IMG/VR virus record: IMGVR_UViG_3300032223_001420 | Coordinates: 22,491-86,490 of that record | Length of the DNA: 64,000 bases | Source: a virus | Reading direction: 5' to 3' (one strand) | Shown: piece by piece, positions 9,543 to 20,793 of the stretch | How the letters are laid out: every line of letters begins with the position of its first letter | Position numbering within the stretch: position 1 is the first letter of the stretch | Program-made: the position numbers and the translations under genes | Notes under the pieces: generated by a model | What the model was told of the DNA's origin: nothing | Database searches by the model: none | What the model saw: the letters and a program-made list of their open reading frames with translations, nothing else

Positions 9543-10882
9543 GTTTAGAGATTACCAATTCATCGAAGTTTGAAGTTAATGAACTTACGGTTATTACAAA
9601 GGGTGGTAAGGTTGACATTTCTCGTATATACGAAGAGATAAATCTTTTTGATTCTTTGTTTGTGCCGGTCATGAATGGTATTATTGTTATTAATGATGCC
9701 ATTGGCTTATCCAACAAATTATTATTTGATGGTTCCGAATCTTTATTGATCAATATTACCAAAACATCAAGTTCGAGTGTTTTGAATTTTAAAAAAGCAT
9801 TTAGAATTTTTAAACAAAGTGACCGTAAAAATACCAACCAAAACAGCGAAACATATTCTTTACATTTTGTTTCTGATGAGTTGATGTTTTCGGATCAACA
9901 ATTAGTATCGCAATCCTATAAAGGAACATATACCGATATTGTAAAGAAGATTTTAGTTGGCTATTTAAAAGTTCCAAATAATAAATTTAATGGTGTGATA
10001 GAAAACACAACTGGATTGCGTGATATTGTTATACCAAATTTAAGACCTTTAGATGCTATTGAGTGGTGCGCTAAAAGATCGATTGATGAAAAACGTTCAC
10101 CAAATTATGTTTTCTTTGAAAATAGTTTGGGATATAACTTTGTTTCGCTTTCGACTTTGTTGTCACAAAAAGAATTGTTTGAGATTAGATTCCGAGCAAA
10201 AAATTTAGAAGAAACGAATGTGGTTGATGATTTGTTTAGCCCTAAACACTATGAAATGATCAATCAAGTAGACAAAATTAAAGCTACCCGTGATGGTATA
10301 AATGCTGGTACATTTATTGGTTTCGATCCAATGACTCGTAAAATTGCATCACGAAAAATTACTTATGAAGATCATTATTCGGCTATGAAACACGGTAACG
10401 ATAGCCCAAATTATTCGGCTTCCGTTAATCGTGCAGGTGATGATTCATCTCAAGCATACGATTCAAAGAAAACATTAAGTTCATTTGGAACATTTCGTAA
10501 AGATAGTGCATATATTAAAAAATATGATCCTTCGTCATTATCAAAGTTAGAAGCGCAAGAAGATTTTATTTTTCAGCGTAAAGCCATCTTTTCTAATTTG
10601 ATGAATAAACGCATGAAGTTAGTTATGCCAGGAAACTTTCAATTGACTTCTGGTTTTAATTTGAATGTTCGTGTACCAAATTTTGCTCTGAGAGATAGTA
10701 AAGAAGAAAATGATGACCGTTCTTTAAGTGGTCGTTATTTGATTATTGCTACAAGACATATTATTGGCTTTCAAAAACATGAAACAGTTTTAGAATTGGC
10801 GACAACATCTAATGAATTACCATTTATAACATCTGCCACAAACCAGCAGTCAAAAGAAATAGAGAATTATGGAACAATCTGA
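9539..10882 (+). CDS. Baseplate hub protein (gp27/gpD-like)
   Basis: Lies between gp53 and gp5; IPNLRPLDAI, YVFFENSLGYNFVSL, LSGRYLIIATRH motifs. Confidence 0.7.
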   Translation: MSLEITNSSKFEVNELTVITKGGKVDISRIYEEINLFDSLFVPVMNGIIVINDAIGLSNKLLFDGSESLLINITKTSSSSVLNFKKAFRIFKQSDRKNTNQNSETYSLHFVSDELMFSDQQLVSQSYKGTYTDIVKKILVGYLKVPNNKFNGVIENTTGLRDIVIPNLRPLDAIEWCAKRSIDEKRSPNYVFFENSLGYNFVSLSTLLSQKELFEIRFRAKNLEETNVVDDLFSPKHYEMINQVDKIKATRDGINAGTFIGFDPMTRKIASRKITYEDHYSAMKHGNDSPNYSASVNRAGDDSSQAYDSKKTLSSFGTFRKDSAYIKKYDPSSLSKLEAQEDFIFQRKAIFSNLMNKRMKLVMPGNFQLTSGFNLNVRVPNFALRDSKEENDDRSLSGRYLIIATRHIIGFQKHETVLELATTSNELPFITSATNQQSKEIENYGTI

Positions 10883-11738
10883 AGATAATAAAAATTTTGC
10901 TGGTAAGAACGGGTTTACTTGGTGGGTTGGTGTTGTTGAAAAAATCAATGATCCACTCAAACTAGGTCGTTGCCGTGTTCGTTGCGCTGGCTGGCATACA
11001 GATAATAAATCAATATTGCCCTCAGATTCGTTGCCATGGGCACAGCCGGCTATGCCAACAAATAATACAAGTACCTATCCACCACGTGAAGGAGATATGG
11101 TATTTGGATTTTTCACCGATGGAGATAATGCACAAGACCCAATAATTCTTGGTGTACTTCCTGGCATACCCCTCACCGCTGGAAATTATCAACAAGGATT
11201 TAATGATGCACGAACAAGTGCAGAACTTGCTGCTGCACCAGTTAAACCCGAAGATTCTGCTACAAATTATCCACGCAAGTTGGATGAGCCGACAACATCA
11301 CGTTTAGCAAGAAATGATACTGATTATCCATCAGCAATTAATGTAGCAAAGAAAGCGAAAAAAGCAAGTAAGGTAGAACCAGATTCGTATTATGCAGCCA
11401 AGTATCCTTACAACAATGTTTATGAATCTGAATCAGGACATGCATTTGAATTTGATGACACCAAAGATGCCGAACGAATTCATTTATATCATCGTTCAGG
11501 TTCTTATGTTGAATATGGTCCATTAGGTGATCGGTCAGAAAGAATACAAAGAAACAAGTTTGAGGTCGTTGTCGGTAGCGAACAAGTGTATGTTAAGGGT
11601 GATGTTACCATTTATGTTGATGGTAATGTAAAGATGACTGTTGGTGGTAACTATCAAGCAGATATTGGTGGTACATGTAAGATAACATCAGGTGGTAATA
11701 TGACACTCAAAGCACCACGTATAGATTTGAATCCATAA
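10869..11738 (+). CDS. gp5: Baseplate central spike gp5 (OB fold + beta-helix, no lysozyme domain)
   Basis: WWVGVVE..DPLKLGRCRVR, LPWAQP, YPYNNVYESESGH, ERIHLYHRSG, C-terminal VxG repeats; only 289 aa. Confidence 0.88.
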   Translation: MEQSEDNKNFAGKNGFTWWVGVVEKINDPLKLGRCRVRCAGWHTDNKSILPSDSLPWAQPAMPTNNTSTYPPREGDMVFGFFTDGDNAQDPIILGVLPGIPLTAGNYQQGFNDARTSAELAAAPVKPEDSATNYPRKLDEPTTSRLARNDTDYPSAINVAKKAKKASKVEPDSYYAAKYPYNNVYESESGHAFEFDDTKDAERIHLYHRSGSYVEYGPLGDRSERIQRNKFEVVVGSEQVYVKGDVTIYVDGNVKMTVGGNYQADIGGTCKITSGGNMTLKAPRIDLNP

Positions 11739-12043
11739 TGCCAGCAGTTTCTAGAAAAGATGGAACCGATACAATAACAACAGGTCATGGTTGTGATGCT
11801 ACAACTGTGACCGATCAAGGTTCATCTACAGTTTTTGTCAATAGTATTGGTGCAGTTCGTGCTGGAGATTTATGTAAAGTGCATTTAATTCTTGTGGGTG
11901 ATTCTTGTGTACCACATACGGTGCCATTAACTTCATATTCTGGTAGTGTTTTTGTAAATGGAAAAGGTGTTGGAAGAAAAGGTGATTCTTATTCCGGAGA
12001 AGTTTTAACATCCGGTTCAGGTAATGTTTTCGCTGGAGGCTGA
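11738..12043 (+). CDS. PAAR spike-tip protein (gp5.4-like)
   Basis: MPAVSRKDG..GH.C...GSSTVFVN...VGRKGD...GSGNVFAGG. Confidence 0.88.
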   Translation: MPAVSRKDGTDTITTGHGCDATTVTDQGSSTVFVNSIGAVRAGDLCKVHLILVGDSCVPHTVPLTSYSGSVFVNGKGVGRKGDSYSGEVLTSGSGNVFAGG

Positions 12044-12050
12044 ATAAATA
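12044..12050 (+). promoter_or_regulatory. Late promoter (ATAAATA) for gp25
   Basis: 4 nt before the gp25 ATG. Confidence 0.6.
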
Positions 12051-12054
12051 AACG

Positions 12055-12477
12055 ATGTCAACAAAAATAACATCAACCGACCCATCTATAGCTTCCGAGA
12101 GAAGTTATATAGATTTAGATTTGAACTTTACAGCACATCCTGTAAAGAAAGATATTAATGTGCATTATAATGAAAAAGCGGTCATCAATTCTGTAAAGAA
12201 TTTAGTATCGACAAATTTTTATGAACGACCATTTCAGCCAGAATTGGGTTCGAATATTCGTCGTTTGCTTTTTGAACCGATTGATTCTATTGTTGCCGCT
12301 TCTTTGGAAAGACAACTTCAAGAAACGATTGAAAACTTTGAGCCGAGAGTTTCAATAGATTCGATTACTGCATATGCTGCACCGGATGAAAATGGATATA
12401 GTGTTAGTTTAACTTTTTTTATTCAGAACTCACCTAATCCAATAACAATTAACTTCTTTTTAGAGCGTATAAGATAA
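12055..12477 (+). CDS. gp25: Baseplate wedge subunit
   Basis: YIDLDLNF..HP...SVKNLV.T..YERPFQPELGS...FEPRV. Confidence 0.92.
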   Translation: MSTKITSTDPSIASERSYIDLDLNFTAHPVKKDINVHYNEKAVINSVKNLVSTNFYERPFQPELGSNIRRLLFEPIDSIVAASLERQLQETIENFEPRVSIDSITAYAAPDENGYSVSLTFFIQNSPNPITINFFLERIR

Positions 12478-12478
12478 A

Positions 12479-14539
12479 ATGACAGAACGTCTAAGAGTAA
12501 CCGAACTTGATTTTGATACAATCAAGCAGAATTTAAAAACATATTTACAAGCACAAAACAAGTTTACCGACTATGATTTCGATGGTTCTGGTCTGTCTAT
12601 TTTGCTTGATATTCTGGCATACAATACTCACTATAATGCGTATTACCTGAATATGGTTGCAAACGAATCATTTTTAGATACTGCTCTTTTACGTGATTCG
12701 GTTATTTCTCATGCTAAAGTTTTGGGCTACGTTCCATATTCGACTAAAGCGCCGATTGCTAATATTAACTTTACTGTACAAACCACTTCAAATTCAGCAG
12801 CAACAATTACTGTCCCTAAAGGATTTCGTTTTTTATCAAATGAGATTGATGGTGTAAGTTATGGTTTTGTCACACTACAAGAGAATAAAGTTACCAAAGC
12901 AAACACCGACTTTGTTTTTGAAAACCTAGAATTGTATGAGGGACAGTTAGTAACATATTCATATACGTATGATACGACATCCAATCCCAAACAAATATTT
13001 ACAATTCCTGATGAAAACGTTGACACAACAACGATTACGGTAGTCGTTCAGCCTTCTACATCTTGTACCGCTTCTGAAGTATATACATTCGCTCCAGATG
13101 CATCGGAAACGAATACAAACTCTTCTGTGTTTTATCTACAAGAAAATAAGAGCAAAAAATACGACATTTATTTTGGTAACGATGTTATCGGTAAAAGTTT
13201 AACTAATGGTTCGATTGTTTCAATTTCATACTTGATTACAAATGGAAGTGCTGCAAATAAAGCAGCTAATTTTGTAGCCGCAGGTGGGGGATTAACTGAT
13301 TCGTTAGGTAATAATCAAACAAACTTTATAATCGATTTGGTCAACGAAGCATCTGGTGGTGCTGAACGAGAGTCGGTCGATGAAATTAAATTTTCTGCTC
13401 CTTTACAATTTACCACGCAGAATCGATTAGTGACAATCAAAGACTATGAGTCTTTCATTATTAAAAATTATCCTTCGGTAGATTCGGTATCGGTATGGGG
13501 TGGTGAAGATGAAGCTCCTCCTGTTTTTGGAACAGTATTTCTTTCTCTAAAACCTCGTCAAAACTATTATCTGTCAAACGTTGAAAAGCAAAGAATTATC
13601 GATGAGATTATAAAACCAAAAGCAGTTGTTGCTGTTCAAACGATCATACGTGATCCAGAATATTTGTATTTGTTAATTTCACCAAACGTAACGTATGATC
13701 CCAAGAAAACAATTTTAACGCCAGAACAATTGAAGACATCAATTAGAACGGCTGTTGTAAACTATAAAAATACTTACTTGGATAAGTTTAATTCGAGATT
13801 TATTCTGTCTAAACTTCAACAAGATATTGCTTCAGTTGATTTGAACTCAATCATTGGTTCAAAAGTGGTGGTTCGTCTGCAAAAAAGATTTGAGCCAACA
13901 CTAGGTATTGGTCAATCATATACTCTCTATTTTAATGCTGCGTTATATCGTGGTACGATTTCTGATAAATTGACATCTACATATTTTAAAACATATGATA
14001 GTTTGGGTATTGAAAGAGAAGTTCAGTTTGAAGAAATTCCACAATCATACTCAGGTATTTCATCTATTTCGATTATCAATCCTGGTTCAGGATATACTTC
14101 TGCACCGAATGTAACTATTTCTGGTGACGGAACTGGAGCGACTGCTGTGGCTACCGTGGTCAATGGAGTAATCTCAAACATAACTGTTGTTAATAGAGGC
14201 ATCGATTATACACGTGCAGTTATTACTATTGATGGTGGTAACGGTTATGGTGCATCAGCCGCAGCCGAAGTTGATGCTAAGATCGGTACAATACGAACTG
14301 TATATTATGATACTCTATCACAAAAACAAGTTGTTGATGAATCCGCTGGTACAATCAATTATGATACCGGTGAAGTTGTGATTAACAATATTCTCATTAA
14401 CTCAGTCACTTCGGCCGATGGTTATATTAGACTTTCAATTGAGGCTGATAAAGGTATAATAGATACAGTAAAAAATACAATTATAACTATTGATGAACAA
14501 GACCCAATTTCGATTAGCACAACACTAGAAACTGTATAA
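12479..14539 (+). CDS. gp6: Baseplate wedge subunit
   Basis: ELDFDTIKQNL...FTDYDFDGSGLSILLDILAYNTHY...GGAERES...QNRLVTIKDY. Confidence 0.93.
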   Translation: MTERLRVTELDFDTIKQNLKTYLQAQNKFTDYDFDGSGLSILLDILAYNTHYNAYYLNMVANESFLDTALLRDSVISHAKVLGYVPYSTKAPIANINFTVQTTSNSAATITVPKGFRFLSNEIDGVSYGFVTLQENKVTKANTDFVFENLELYEGQLVTYSYTYDTTSNPKQIFTIPDENVDTTTITVVVQPSTSCTASEVYTFAPDASETNTNSSVFYLQENKSKKYDIYFGNDVIGKSLTNGSIVSISYLITNGSAANKAANFVAAGGGLTDSLGNNQTNFIIDLVNEASGGAERESVDEIKFSAPLQFTTQNRLVTIKDYESFIIKNYPSVDSVSVWGGEDEAPPVFGTVFLSLKPRQNYYLSNVEKQRIIDEIIKPKAVVAVQTIIRDPEYLYLLISPNVTYDPKKTILTPEQLKTSIRTAVVNYKNTYLDKFNSRFILSKLQQDIASVDLNSIIGSKVVVRLQKRFEPTLGIGQSYTLYFNAALYRGTISDKLTSTYFKTYDSLGIEREVQFEEIPQSYSGISSISIINPGSGYTSAPNVTISGDGTGATAVATVVNGVISNITVVNRGIDYTRAVITIDGGNGYGASAAAEVDAKIGTIRTVYYDTLSQKQVVDESAGTINYDTGEVVINNILINSVTSADGYIRLSIEADKGIIDTVKNTIITIDEQDPISISTTLETV

Positions 14540-17500
14540 TGTCAGCAAATACCGATCTAAAAACTTCCGTTCTTGTTAGCCAAGAAGTCCCTGAATTTAT
14601 TCGGGATGAGTATCCCACGTTTATTGCTTTCTTAGAAGCGTATTATCAATTCTTAGAAGAAAAACAAGGAACCGAGAATAATGATTTAATTACTCAGTCT
14701 AAAAAATTAAGAACGATTCGTGATGTTGATGAGTCAATAGATGAGTTTGAAACAAATTTTTATAATACTTACGCTACACTTTTACCTTTAGAAGTTCAGT
14801 CTGATAAAGCACTTCTGTTTAAACAATTAGTACCTTTGTATAAAACAAAGGGTAGCGATGCATCATTTAAACTGTTGTTTAGATTAGTATTCGGCGAAGA
14901 TATCGATGTTATTCTTCCTAAAAATAATGTTCTAAAGTCTTCATCGAGTAAATGGCAGATTGATAATAAACTTCGTGTCAACTCACAGATATCATCACGT
15001 TATGTAGCTGATGGCTCAACCAAAACTTTTGTTCTTGCACAGATTTCTGGTAAAGAAGATATTAAAGTTTATTTGGGCGACACTTTACAAACTACAGGCT
15101 ATAGTGTTCGCAAAGAATATCGTAAATTAATTTTTGACGTTGCACCAGCAAATAATACAGTCGTTACTGTTACCTACACATCTTTTAATACCGATCTGTT
15201 AAAGAACCGACAGGTTACTGGATTAACATCGGGTGCTACCGCAATCATCGAGTCAGCAACTCGAAGAATTATTACAGACTCATTGAATGTTGGTTTGCCA
15301 ATTGAATTGTTAATTGATTCCGCAAATTTAACAGGTACGTTTTTAAATGGTGAGAATGTATCTATACCGATTGTTGATGTAAATGGAATATTGATTGACA
15401 TTCGTGCTTCAACATTCTCTGTTGTTAAAGCAATCAATTTAACCAGTTTGGGTGCAAATTATAATGTTGGTGACCCAGTTTATGTTACTGGTGGTAATGC
15501 AACATCGAATGCTATTGGTACAATCGAATCAATTTATCAAGGTATCGTTCAACAAATTTTAGTATCACATGGCGGTGCTATTTTTGGTCAAGATTCTCCA
15601 ATTACCGTTCTTGGCAACACAAGTGCATATGGTTTGGAAGTGGTTGTCGATCAAATTGATTTGAGTGGAACGAATTCTGCGAATAGTCTTGTAGTATCCG
15701 ATACACTGGTTGGACCGTATCAAAATGTTTACATTAACAATGCAAACTATGCTTGTACAACCGGCATTTCGACTACTGGTATTTTAAGTCCAAATTTAAC
15801 AACTAGAATCGCTGATGTTTTAACTTATACATCAATACAAGCTGGACCGATTGCAAACGTCAAAGTTTTGCAGACATCAATGCCTTTAACTGTCAATCCA
15901 GTTTTTGATTCGTTTGGTGTTGCGTATGGCACAGATGCATCTATAATTACTAGCGTTACAGCAAACGCCGGTTCTGTAGGTGTAAACAGTTATGTTATTT
16001 TTAGTGGAGGCGCAACTTCTAACAGCGCAGCGAATGCAAGAATATATGTCAATTCCGCTGGTTATGTTGTCAACGTAAATCTTAATTATGGTGGTTTTTA
16101 TGTTGGAAACGTTTCTACTGCAACTGCTAATCAAGGTAACATAGCACTTTCTGTTTCATCAGTTAGACTTTCGCAAAGAACTCCAAAAAGTTTAAGATCG
16201 ATTGGAAGATTTAAAATTAATGATGGTGGTTCCAATTATAGACCATTTGATGAGATTGTATTTGGTGGAAACCCATTAGGAACTTATGGTAACTATGCCG
16301 AAGCTGTAGTCAGTGAAGTATACGCTGCAAATGGTGCGATTAGAAAAATTGCTCTTGCTAATACTTCGATTCCTGGAACGGTAACAATTTTTTCTGGTGG
16401 CACAATTATAAACGGTACCGGTACTAATTTTAACCGTGATTTAGTTGTTGGTGACTTGATTGATGTTAATGGTGAATCAAGAATCGTTGCTACAATTTCA
16501 CCAGGTGGTCTTCAAGCATCTGTACAAAGCGGAACGCCTTTCACGAATTCTGCTACAGGTAAAAAAATTCGAGTTGCAAATCGTTATCCATTAGGTGGCT
16601 TTGGTTATACACAGAATAATTTTCCAACAGTAACAGTTTCATCTGCAACGGGTGCTGGCGCAAATATTGCAATCGATTCTCTTGTTTCAGATGGCGATAG
16701 ATTCATAGCTACTGGAACTGGAACGCAAGGTTCAATTCTTTCTCTTAAAATTCTTGATCCGGGTGCAGGATATCAATATATTCCTTCGGTTGAAATTAGA
16801 AGCGCAACCGGTACTGGTGCAGTAGCAAATGCAACTATTGAGCGTTCTTACGTAACAGCACCTGGTCGTTGGACAACTTCAGATTCTATTCTTTCTACTA
16901 CTGAACGTAAACTTGCTGGTCGAGATTATTACGTTGATTACTCATATATCATCTCTTCTAGAGTTGAATTTTACAAATATAAAACATTATTAAAAGAATT
17001 ATTGCATCCAGTTGGTTTTGTAAAATATGCTGAATACAAAGCTGAGTCGGTTATTGACCTGTATGACATTGGTGTAGTTGTACCGAATCCTTTTGGTGAT
17101 GAGCAATTCTTAACGATTTCTGGTCGTGTAAATGTTGGTAATGGAAGTATCGTTGTCAGTGGTTCACACGATCAAACAAAGTTTAATATCGCAAATAGTA
17201 GAGCATCAGGTATTTTATCATTAGGTATAAATGATGCATCTTATATTTCAGTTAATGGTGAAATTCGCAGAGTCAATTCTATTATTAGTAATACTACTCT
17301 TTTGACTTCCGCCAAAATAAATGATATCAAAATTGCAAACGTTGGATCAGGCTATTCTAATGGATATGTTGTATTCACTGGCGGTGGTGGTCGATTAACT
17401 GGAACAACTTTAACTTATCCAGGCTCAGGATATTCTAACGGCACATTGTTATTTACTGGTGCCGATGAAGCTATTCCTGCTTATGCTACTGTTGAAGTTT

Positions 17501-20070
17501 ATGCATCTAATGGTTCAATTCGTAATGTTAATTTTTTAAGCGGTGGTTTATATTCACAGCAACCAATAGCATCTTTTGATTCGACTAATGATCCACATCG
17601 AGTTCTTTATGCAAACACAATAACGGTTACTAATCCTGGTGCTGGTTATACAAATGGCTTCTTTGATTTTTCTGATGCGGGCACGACAGGCAGAACTGCT
17701 AACATAGAATACACGGTATATACTTCAAATGGTGGTATTAACGTTCAGTCTATTAAAGTTAATGACTCTGGTTTATACGAAGGTTTTGTTACTGTTACAC
17801 CAAATTCAAAACCAAACACCACGGTTACGTATGTGAATATTGCAAATGCTGGTATCGCACATGCAAATGGTACACTTTTGTTTAATGACAAAGGCGTTAT
17901 AAGCGTAACTGCAAATGCTGGTTCAGTAGTTCAATCTGGTAGTGGTCCTGGCGCAACACCAGTAAACACATTTATTACATTCTCTGGTGGTGGGTTAAGT
18001 AACACTATAGCAAATGCTAGAATTTATGTTAATAGTGCTGGTTATATTGTAAACGTAACAATGTGGGGAACAAGTGATTCGACTGGTGCTTTAGTACCAC
18101 AAACTGGTAATGGAATATATTTTAGCACACCAACGGCGACAGTTAATTCTGTAATCGATGGATTGTCTTATTCGAACGCAGTCTTTACTGTAACATCATC
18201 AACACTTTATACGAATAGACCCGCTTCTGGAACTGCTGAAGTTTATTCGAGTAATGGATCGCTTCGTAGTGTTACAGTTACCGATAGTGGTTTGTATTCA
18301 GCGAATTCTTATTCAGTTAGTTCGCTTGGATGGCCATCAACGCCAACCAGTGCTGTAAATTTAAGTTATGTTATATTCACTGGCGGAACTGCACCAAATA
18401 CAAGAAACATTGCAGCGAATGCACAAATTTATGTAAACCTTGCTGGTTATATTGTAAATGTAAAAGTCACTTCTACTGGTTTATATACAAATAATACAAT
18501 TACCGCTTTAACATCTACTGGTGATGTGCTTACCGTAAATCCAGTTCAGTTTCCACAAGCAATATTAAATACCGCACCACTTTCCATCAATTCGATTTCG
18601 GCAAATGCTATAACATATTATGGTAGAGCGCATCAGAATGGTTATATTAGATTTACTGGTGGCGATCCAATTGTTAATGCCAATGTGACGTATACGGTAG
18701 ATGCGAATGGTGCAATAAATGCTGCGTCATTTACGATTGTTAATTCTGGATTGTATCGTTCAGCACCAACTGTTTCGGTTGATAATAATGCTGTTTCAAT
18801 TACTGAAGCATATCCAACTTCTATTGGTTCTGGTTATTCAGATGGATATTTAATTGTGATGGGTGGTGCACCATTAGTCAATTCTTCATCTATAACAATA
18901 GATACACGACCAATTACCAATGCGAATATTCGTTTAGTTACCGATTCAACTACGGGTGCTATTGTCAGAAGTATCATAAATAATATCGGATTGTATGCTA
19001 ATTCTGGTAATATTACAGTTGATACTGCTGTTCAAAATGTTTATCCAAACGTAGTTACTGTCGCAAGTATAACTGCAAATGCTGGCGCAGTTGGTACGAA
19101 TAGTTATGTTGTATTCTATGGCGGTGGTTGGGGTAATACTGCGGCGAATGCTAGAGTGTTTGTTAATACTGCTGGTTACATTCAAAACGTTGTTATTAAT
19201 TATCCAGGTTCATATTGGGGTCTTCCAGTAGCGAATGCAAATACTACGGTGTTTGGTGGATCAGCATATAGCAATGCTAACTTTACAGTATCAATGAACG
19301 CCAACCCATCAGTTGCCGTGAATAGTTGGGTAACGTTTATTGGTGGTGGTCCTTTAGCTTTAGCGAATACTGCAAATGCTAGAATTTATGTTGATAGCAG
19401 AGGATATATTGAAAATGTAGTTGTATCGAATGCCGGCATTTATATGGCTGCTCCGATTGCAACAACAAATTCTGTGATTGATTTGTTGTCTTACAGTAAC
19501 GCAACATTTACGATTCAGATGGGTCCGACCATCATTTATGCAGCAAATGGTTATACACAGAATGGTTCTGGTGCTAAGTTTAGATTATCGTACAATTCAA
19601 ATACGTCAAATATTGCGAATCTGATTGTAACGACAAATGCGAATACTTTATATACTGCAATTCTGAATGTAGCATCGTATAGTAACTCAACGACAAATGC
19701 ATCATTTACTGTTGCGGCAGTTTCCAACTCTCAGACAAACGCTGTAATATCAGTTTCTTTTGTTGGACAAAACACTGCTGCAAATGCTAATGTTGAAGTA
19801 TATTCTGATACTGGTGCAATTCGCAGAATTACAATTAATAATTCTGGAGAATATTATTATGCTCCAACGATAACACCAAACAGTTCAGGCATAGGTGGAG
19901 TATTAACTTTATCAAGTAATAGTATAGGTAATTTTACGCAAACAGCAAACTTGCAGACGATGATCATTTATCAATCGCCTTCAATTATTCTTGGTGAGAA
20001 TTATTATCAACTTACGACAGATGATGATTTGCAGACATTATCAATCGATAGTGAAGAAGAAATACATTGA
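14539..20070 (+). CDS. gp7: Baseplate wedge initiator gp7-like, greatly expanded with beta-repeat domains
   Basis: QEVPEFIRDEYPTFIAFLEAYY, YKTKGS..SFKLLFR, DYSYIISS...LLHPVGF; 1843 aa with many GSGY-type repeats; lies between gp6 and gp8. Confidence 0.75.
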   Translation: MSANTDLKTSVLVSQEVPEFIRDEYPTFIAFLEAYYQFLEEKQGTENNDLITQSKKLRTIRDVDESIDEFETNFYNTYATLLPLEVQSDKALLFKQLVPLYKTKGSDASFKLLFRLVFGEDIDVILPKNNVLKSSSSKWQIDNKLRVNSQISSRYVADGSTKTFVLAQISGKEDIKVYLGDTLQTTGYSVRKEYRKLIFDVAPANNTVVTVTYTSFNTDLLKNRQVTGLTSGATAIIESATRRIITDSLNVGLPIELLIDSANLTGTFLNGENVSIPIVDVNGILIDIRASTFSVVKAINLTSLGANYNVGDPVYVTGGNATSNAIGTIESIYQGIVQQILVSHGGAIFGQDSPITVLGNTSAYGLEVVVDQIDLSGTNSANSLVVSDTLVGPYQNVYINNANYACTTGISTTGILSPNLTTRIADVLTYTSIQAGPIANVKVLQTSMPLTVNPVFDSFGVAYGTDASIITSVTANAGSVGVNSYVIFSGGATSNSAANARIYVNSAGYVVNVNLNYGGFYVGNVSTATANQGNIALSVSSVRLSQRTPKSLRSIGRFKINDGGSNYRPFDEIVFGGNPLGTYGNYAEAVVSEVYAANGAIRKIALANTSIPGTVTIFSGGTIINGTGTNFNRDLVVGDLIDVNGESRIVATISPGGLQASVQSGTPFTNSATGKKIRVANRYPLGGFGYTQNNFPTVTVSSATGAGANIAIDSLVSDGDRFIATGTGTQGSILSLKILDPGAGYQYIPSVEIRSATGTGAVANATIERSYVTAPGRWTTSDSILSTTERKLAGRDYYVDYSYIISSRVEFYKYKTLLKELLHPVGFVKYAEYKAESVIDLYDIGVVVPNPFGDEQFLTISGRVNVGNGSIVVSGSHDQTKFNIANSRASGILSLGINDASYISVNGEIRRVNSIISNTTLLTSAKINDIKIANVGSGYSNGYVVFTGGGGRLTGTTLTYPGSGYSNGTLLFTGADEAIPAYATVEVYASNGSIRNVNFLSGGLYSQQPIASFDSTNDPHRVLYANTITVTNPGAGYTNGFFDFSDAGTTGRTANIEYTVYTSNGGINVQSIKVNDSGLYEGFVTVTPNSKPNTTVTYVNIANAGIAHANGTLLFNDKGVISVTANAGSVVQSGSGPGATPVNTFITFSGGGLSNTIANARIYVNSAGYIVNVTMWGTSDSTGALVPQTGNGIYFSTPTATVNSVIDGLSYSNAVFTVTSSTLYTNRPASGTAEVYSSNGSLRSVTVTDSGLYSANSYSVSSLGWPSTPTSAVNLSYVIFTGGTAPNTRNIAANAQIYVNLAGYIVNVKVTSTGLYTNNTITALTSTGDVLTVNPVQFPQAILNTAPLSINSISANAITYYGRAHQNGYIRFTGGDPIVNANVTYTVDANGAINAASFTIVNSGLYRSAPTVSVDNNAVSITEAYPTSIGSGYSDGYLIVMGGAPLVNSSSITIDTRPITNANIRLVTDSTTGAIVRSIINNIGLYANSGNITVDTAVQNVYPNVVTVASITANAGAVGTNSYVVFYGGGWGNTAANARVFVNTAGYIQNVVINYPGSYWGLPVANANTTVFGGSAYSNANFTVSMNANPSVAVNSWVTFIGGGPLALANTANARIYVDSRGYIENVVVSNAGIYMAAPIATTNSVIDLLSYSNATFTIQMGPTIIYAANGYTQNGSGAKFRLSYNSNTSNIANLIVTTNANTLYTAILNVASYSNSTTNASFTVAAVSNSQTNAVISVSFVGQNTAANANVEVYSDTGAIRRITINNSGEYYYAPTITPNSSGIGGVLTLSSNSIGNFTQTANLQTMIIYQSPSIILGENYYQLTTDDDLQTLSIDSEEEIH

Positions 20071-20097
20071 TTTTAGTATAAAAATTTAGGACAAAAA

Positions 20098-20781
20098 ATG
20101 GCACGAATTAAAATATCGGATTTACCATCACTTACAGATTCAGGAGTAGACCAAACGCAAGTGTATTTGGTTGCTAGTGATTTTACTGGAACAACTCCAG
20201 TAACTAAAAAAATGTCACTTAGTACCATCGATGCATCTGTCAGCAAAAGTGATGCCAATGCAAATTCTGCTGGTGCTTATGCCAATGGCGCATTTGCTAC
20301 TGCTAATGTGGCGGGTACTTATGCAAATGGCGCTTTTATTCAAGCAAACGCTGCATTCTTGGTAGCAAACAATACACCGTTTGCATATAATCATGCTAAT
20401 GCTGCATTCGTTCAAGCCAATTCGGCATATAATAATGGTGTTCAAGGAATCAGTGATGCTGCGGTAGCTTCAAGTTTAGCCATATCAGCTTTTGCAAAAG
20501 CGAATTCTGGTGCGATTGCTGCAAATACTCCTAGCCTTACAGCAAATATAGCATATTCAACTTCAATTGGCGCATATGCAAATGCCAATTCCTCTTTCAC
20601 ACAAGCCAATGGAGCATTCATTCGAGCAAATGCTGCATCAATTACAGCAAATAATGCTAATGTATTTTCAGCGATTGTTGTGTCAGATTGGAATATATCA
20701 CCTCCCATAACGGTAAATGATGCTATTAATCGTCTTGCAAATTTAGTTTTTGCATTGAACAGTAATCTTCCAATACCATAA
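20098..20781 (+). CDS. Short fibre-like structural protein with A(F/Y)xxAN heptads
   Basis: N-terminal MARIKISDLP, repeated ANGAF/ANAAF heptads. Confidence 0.55.
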   Translation: MARIKISDLPSLTDSGVDQTQVYLVASDFTGTTPVTKKMSLSTIDASVSKSDANANSAGAYANGAFATANVAGTYANGAFIQANAAFLVANNTPFAYNHANAAFVQANSAYNNGVQGISDAAVASSLAISAFAKANSGAIAANTPSLTANIAYSTSIGAYANANSSFTQANGAFIRANAASITANNANVFSAIVVSDWNISPPITVNDAINRLANLVFALNSNLPIP

Positions 20782-20787
20782 TAAATA
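20781..20787 (+). promoter_or_regulatory. Late promoter (ATAAATA) for gp8
   Basis: 6 nt before the ATG at 20794. Confidence 0.6.
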
Positions 20788-20793
20788 TACATT

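Noticed and set aside
20068-20100. gp7 is in frame with the next ORF (possible read-through or stop codon reassignment)
   Set aside because: Two different stops (TGA, TAG) intervene, the next gene has an AGGA RBS, and all core genes are intact in the standard code.
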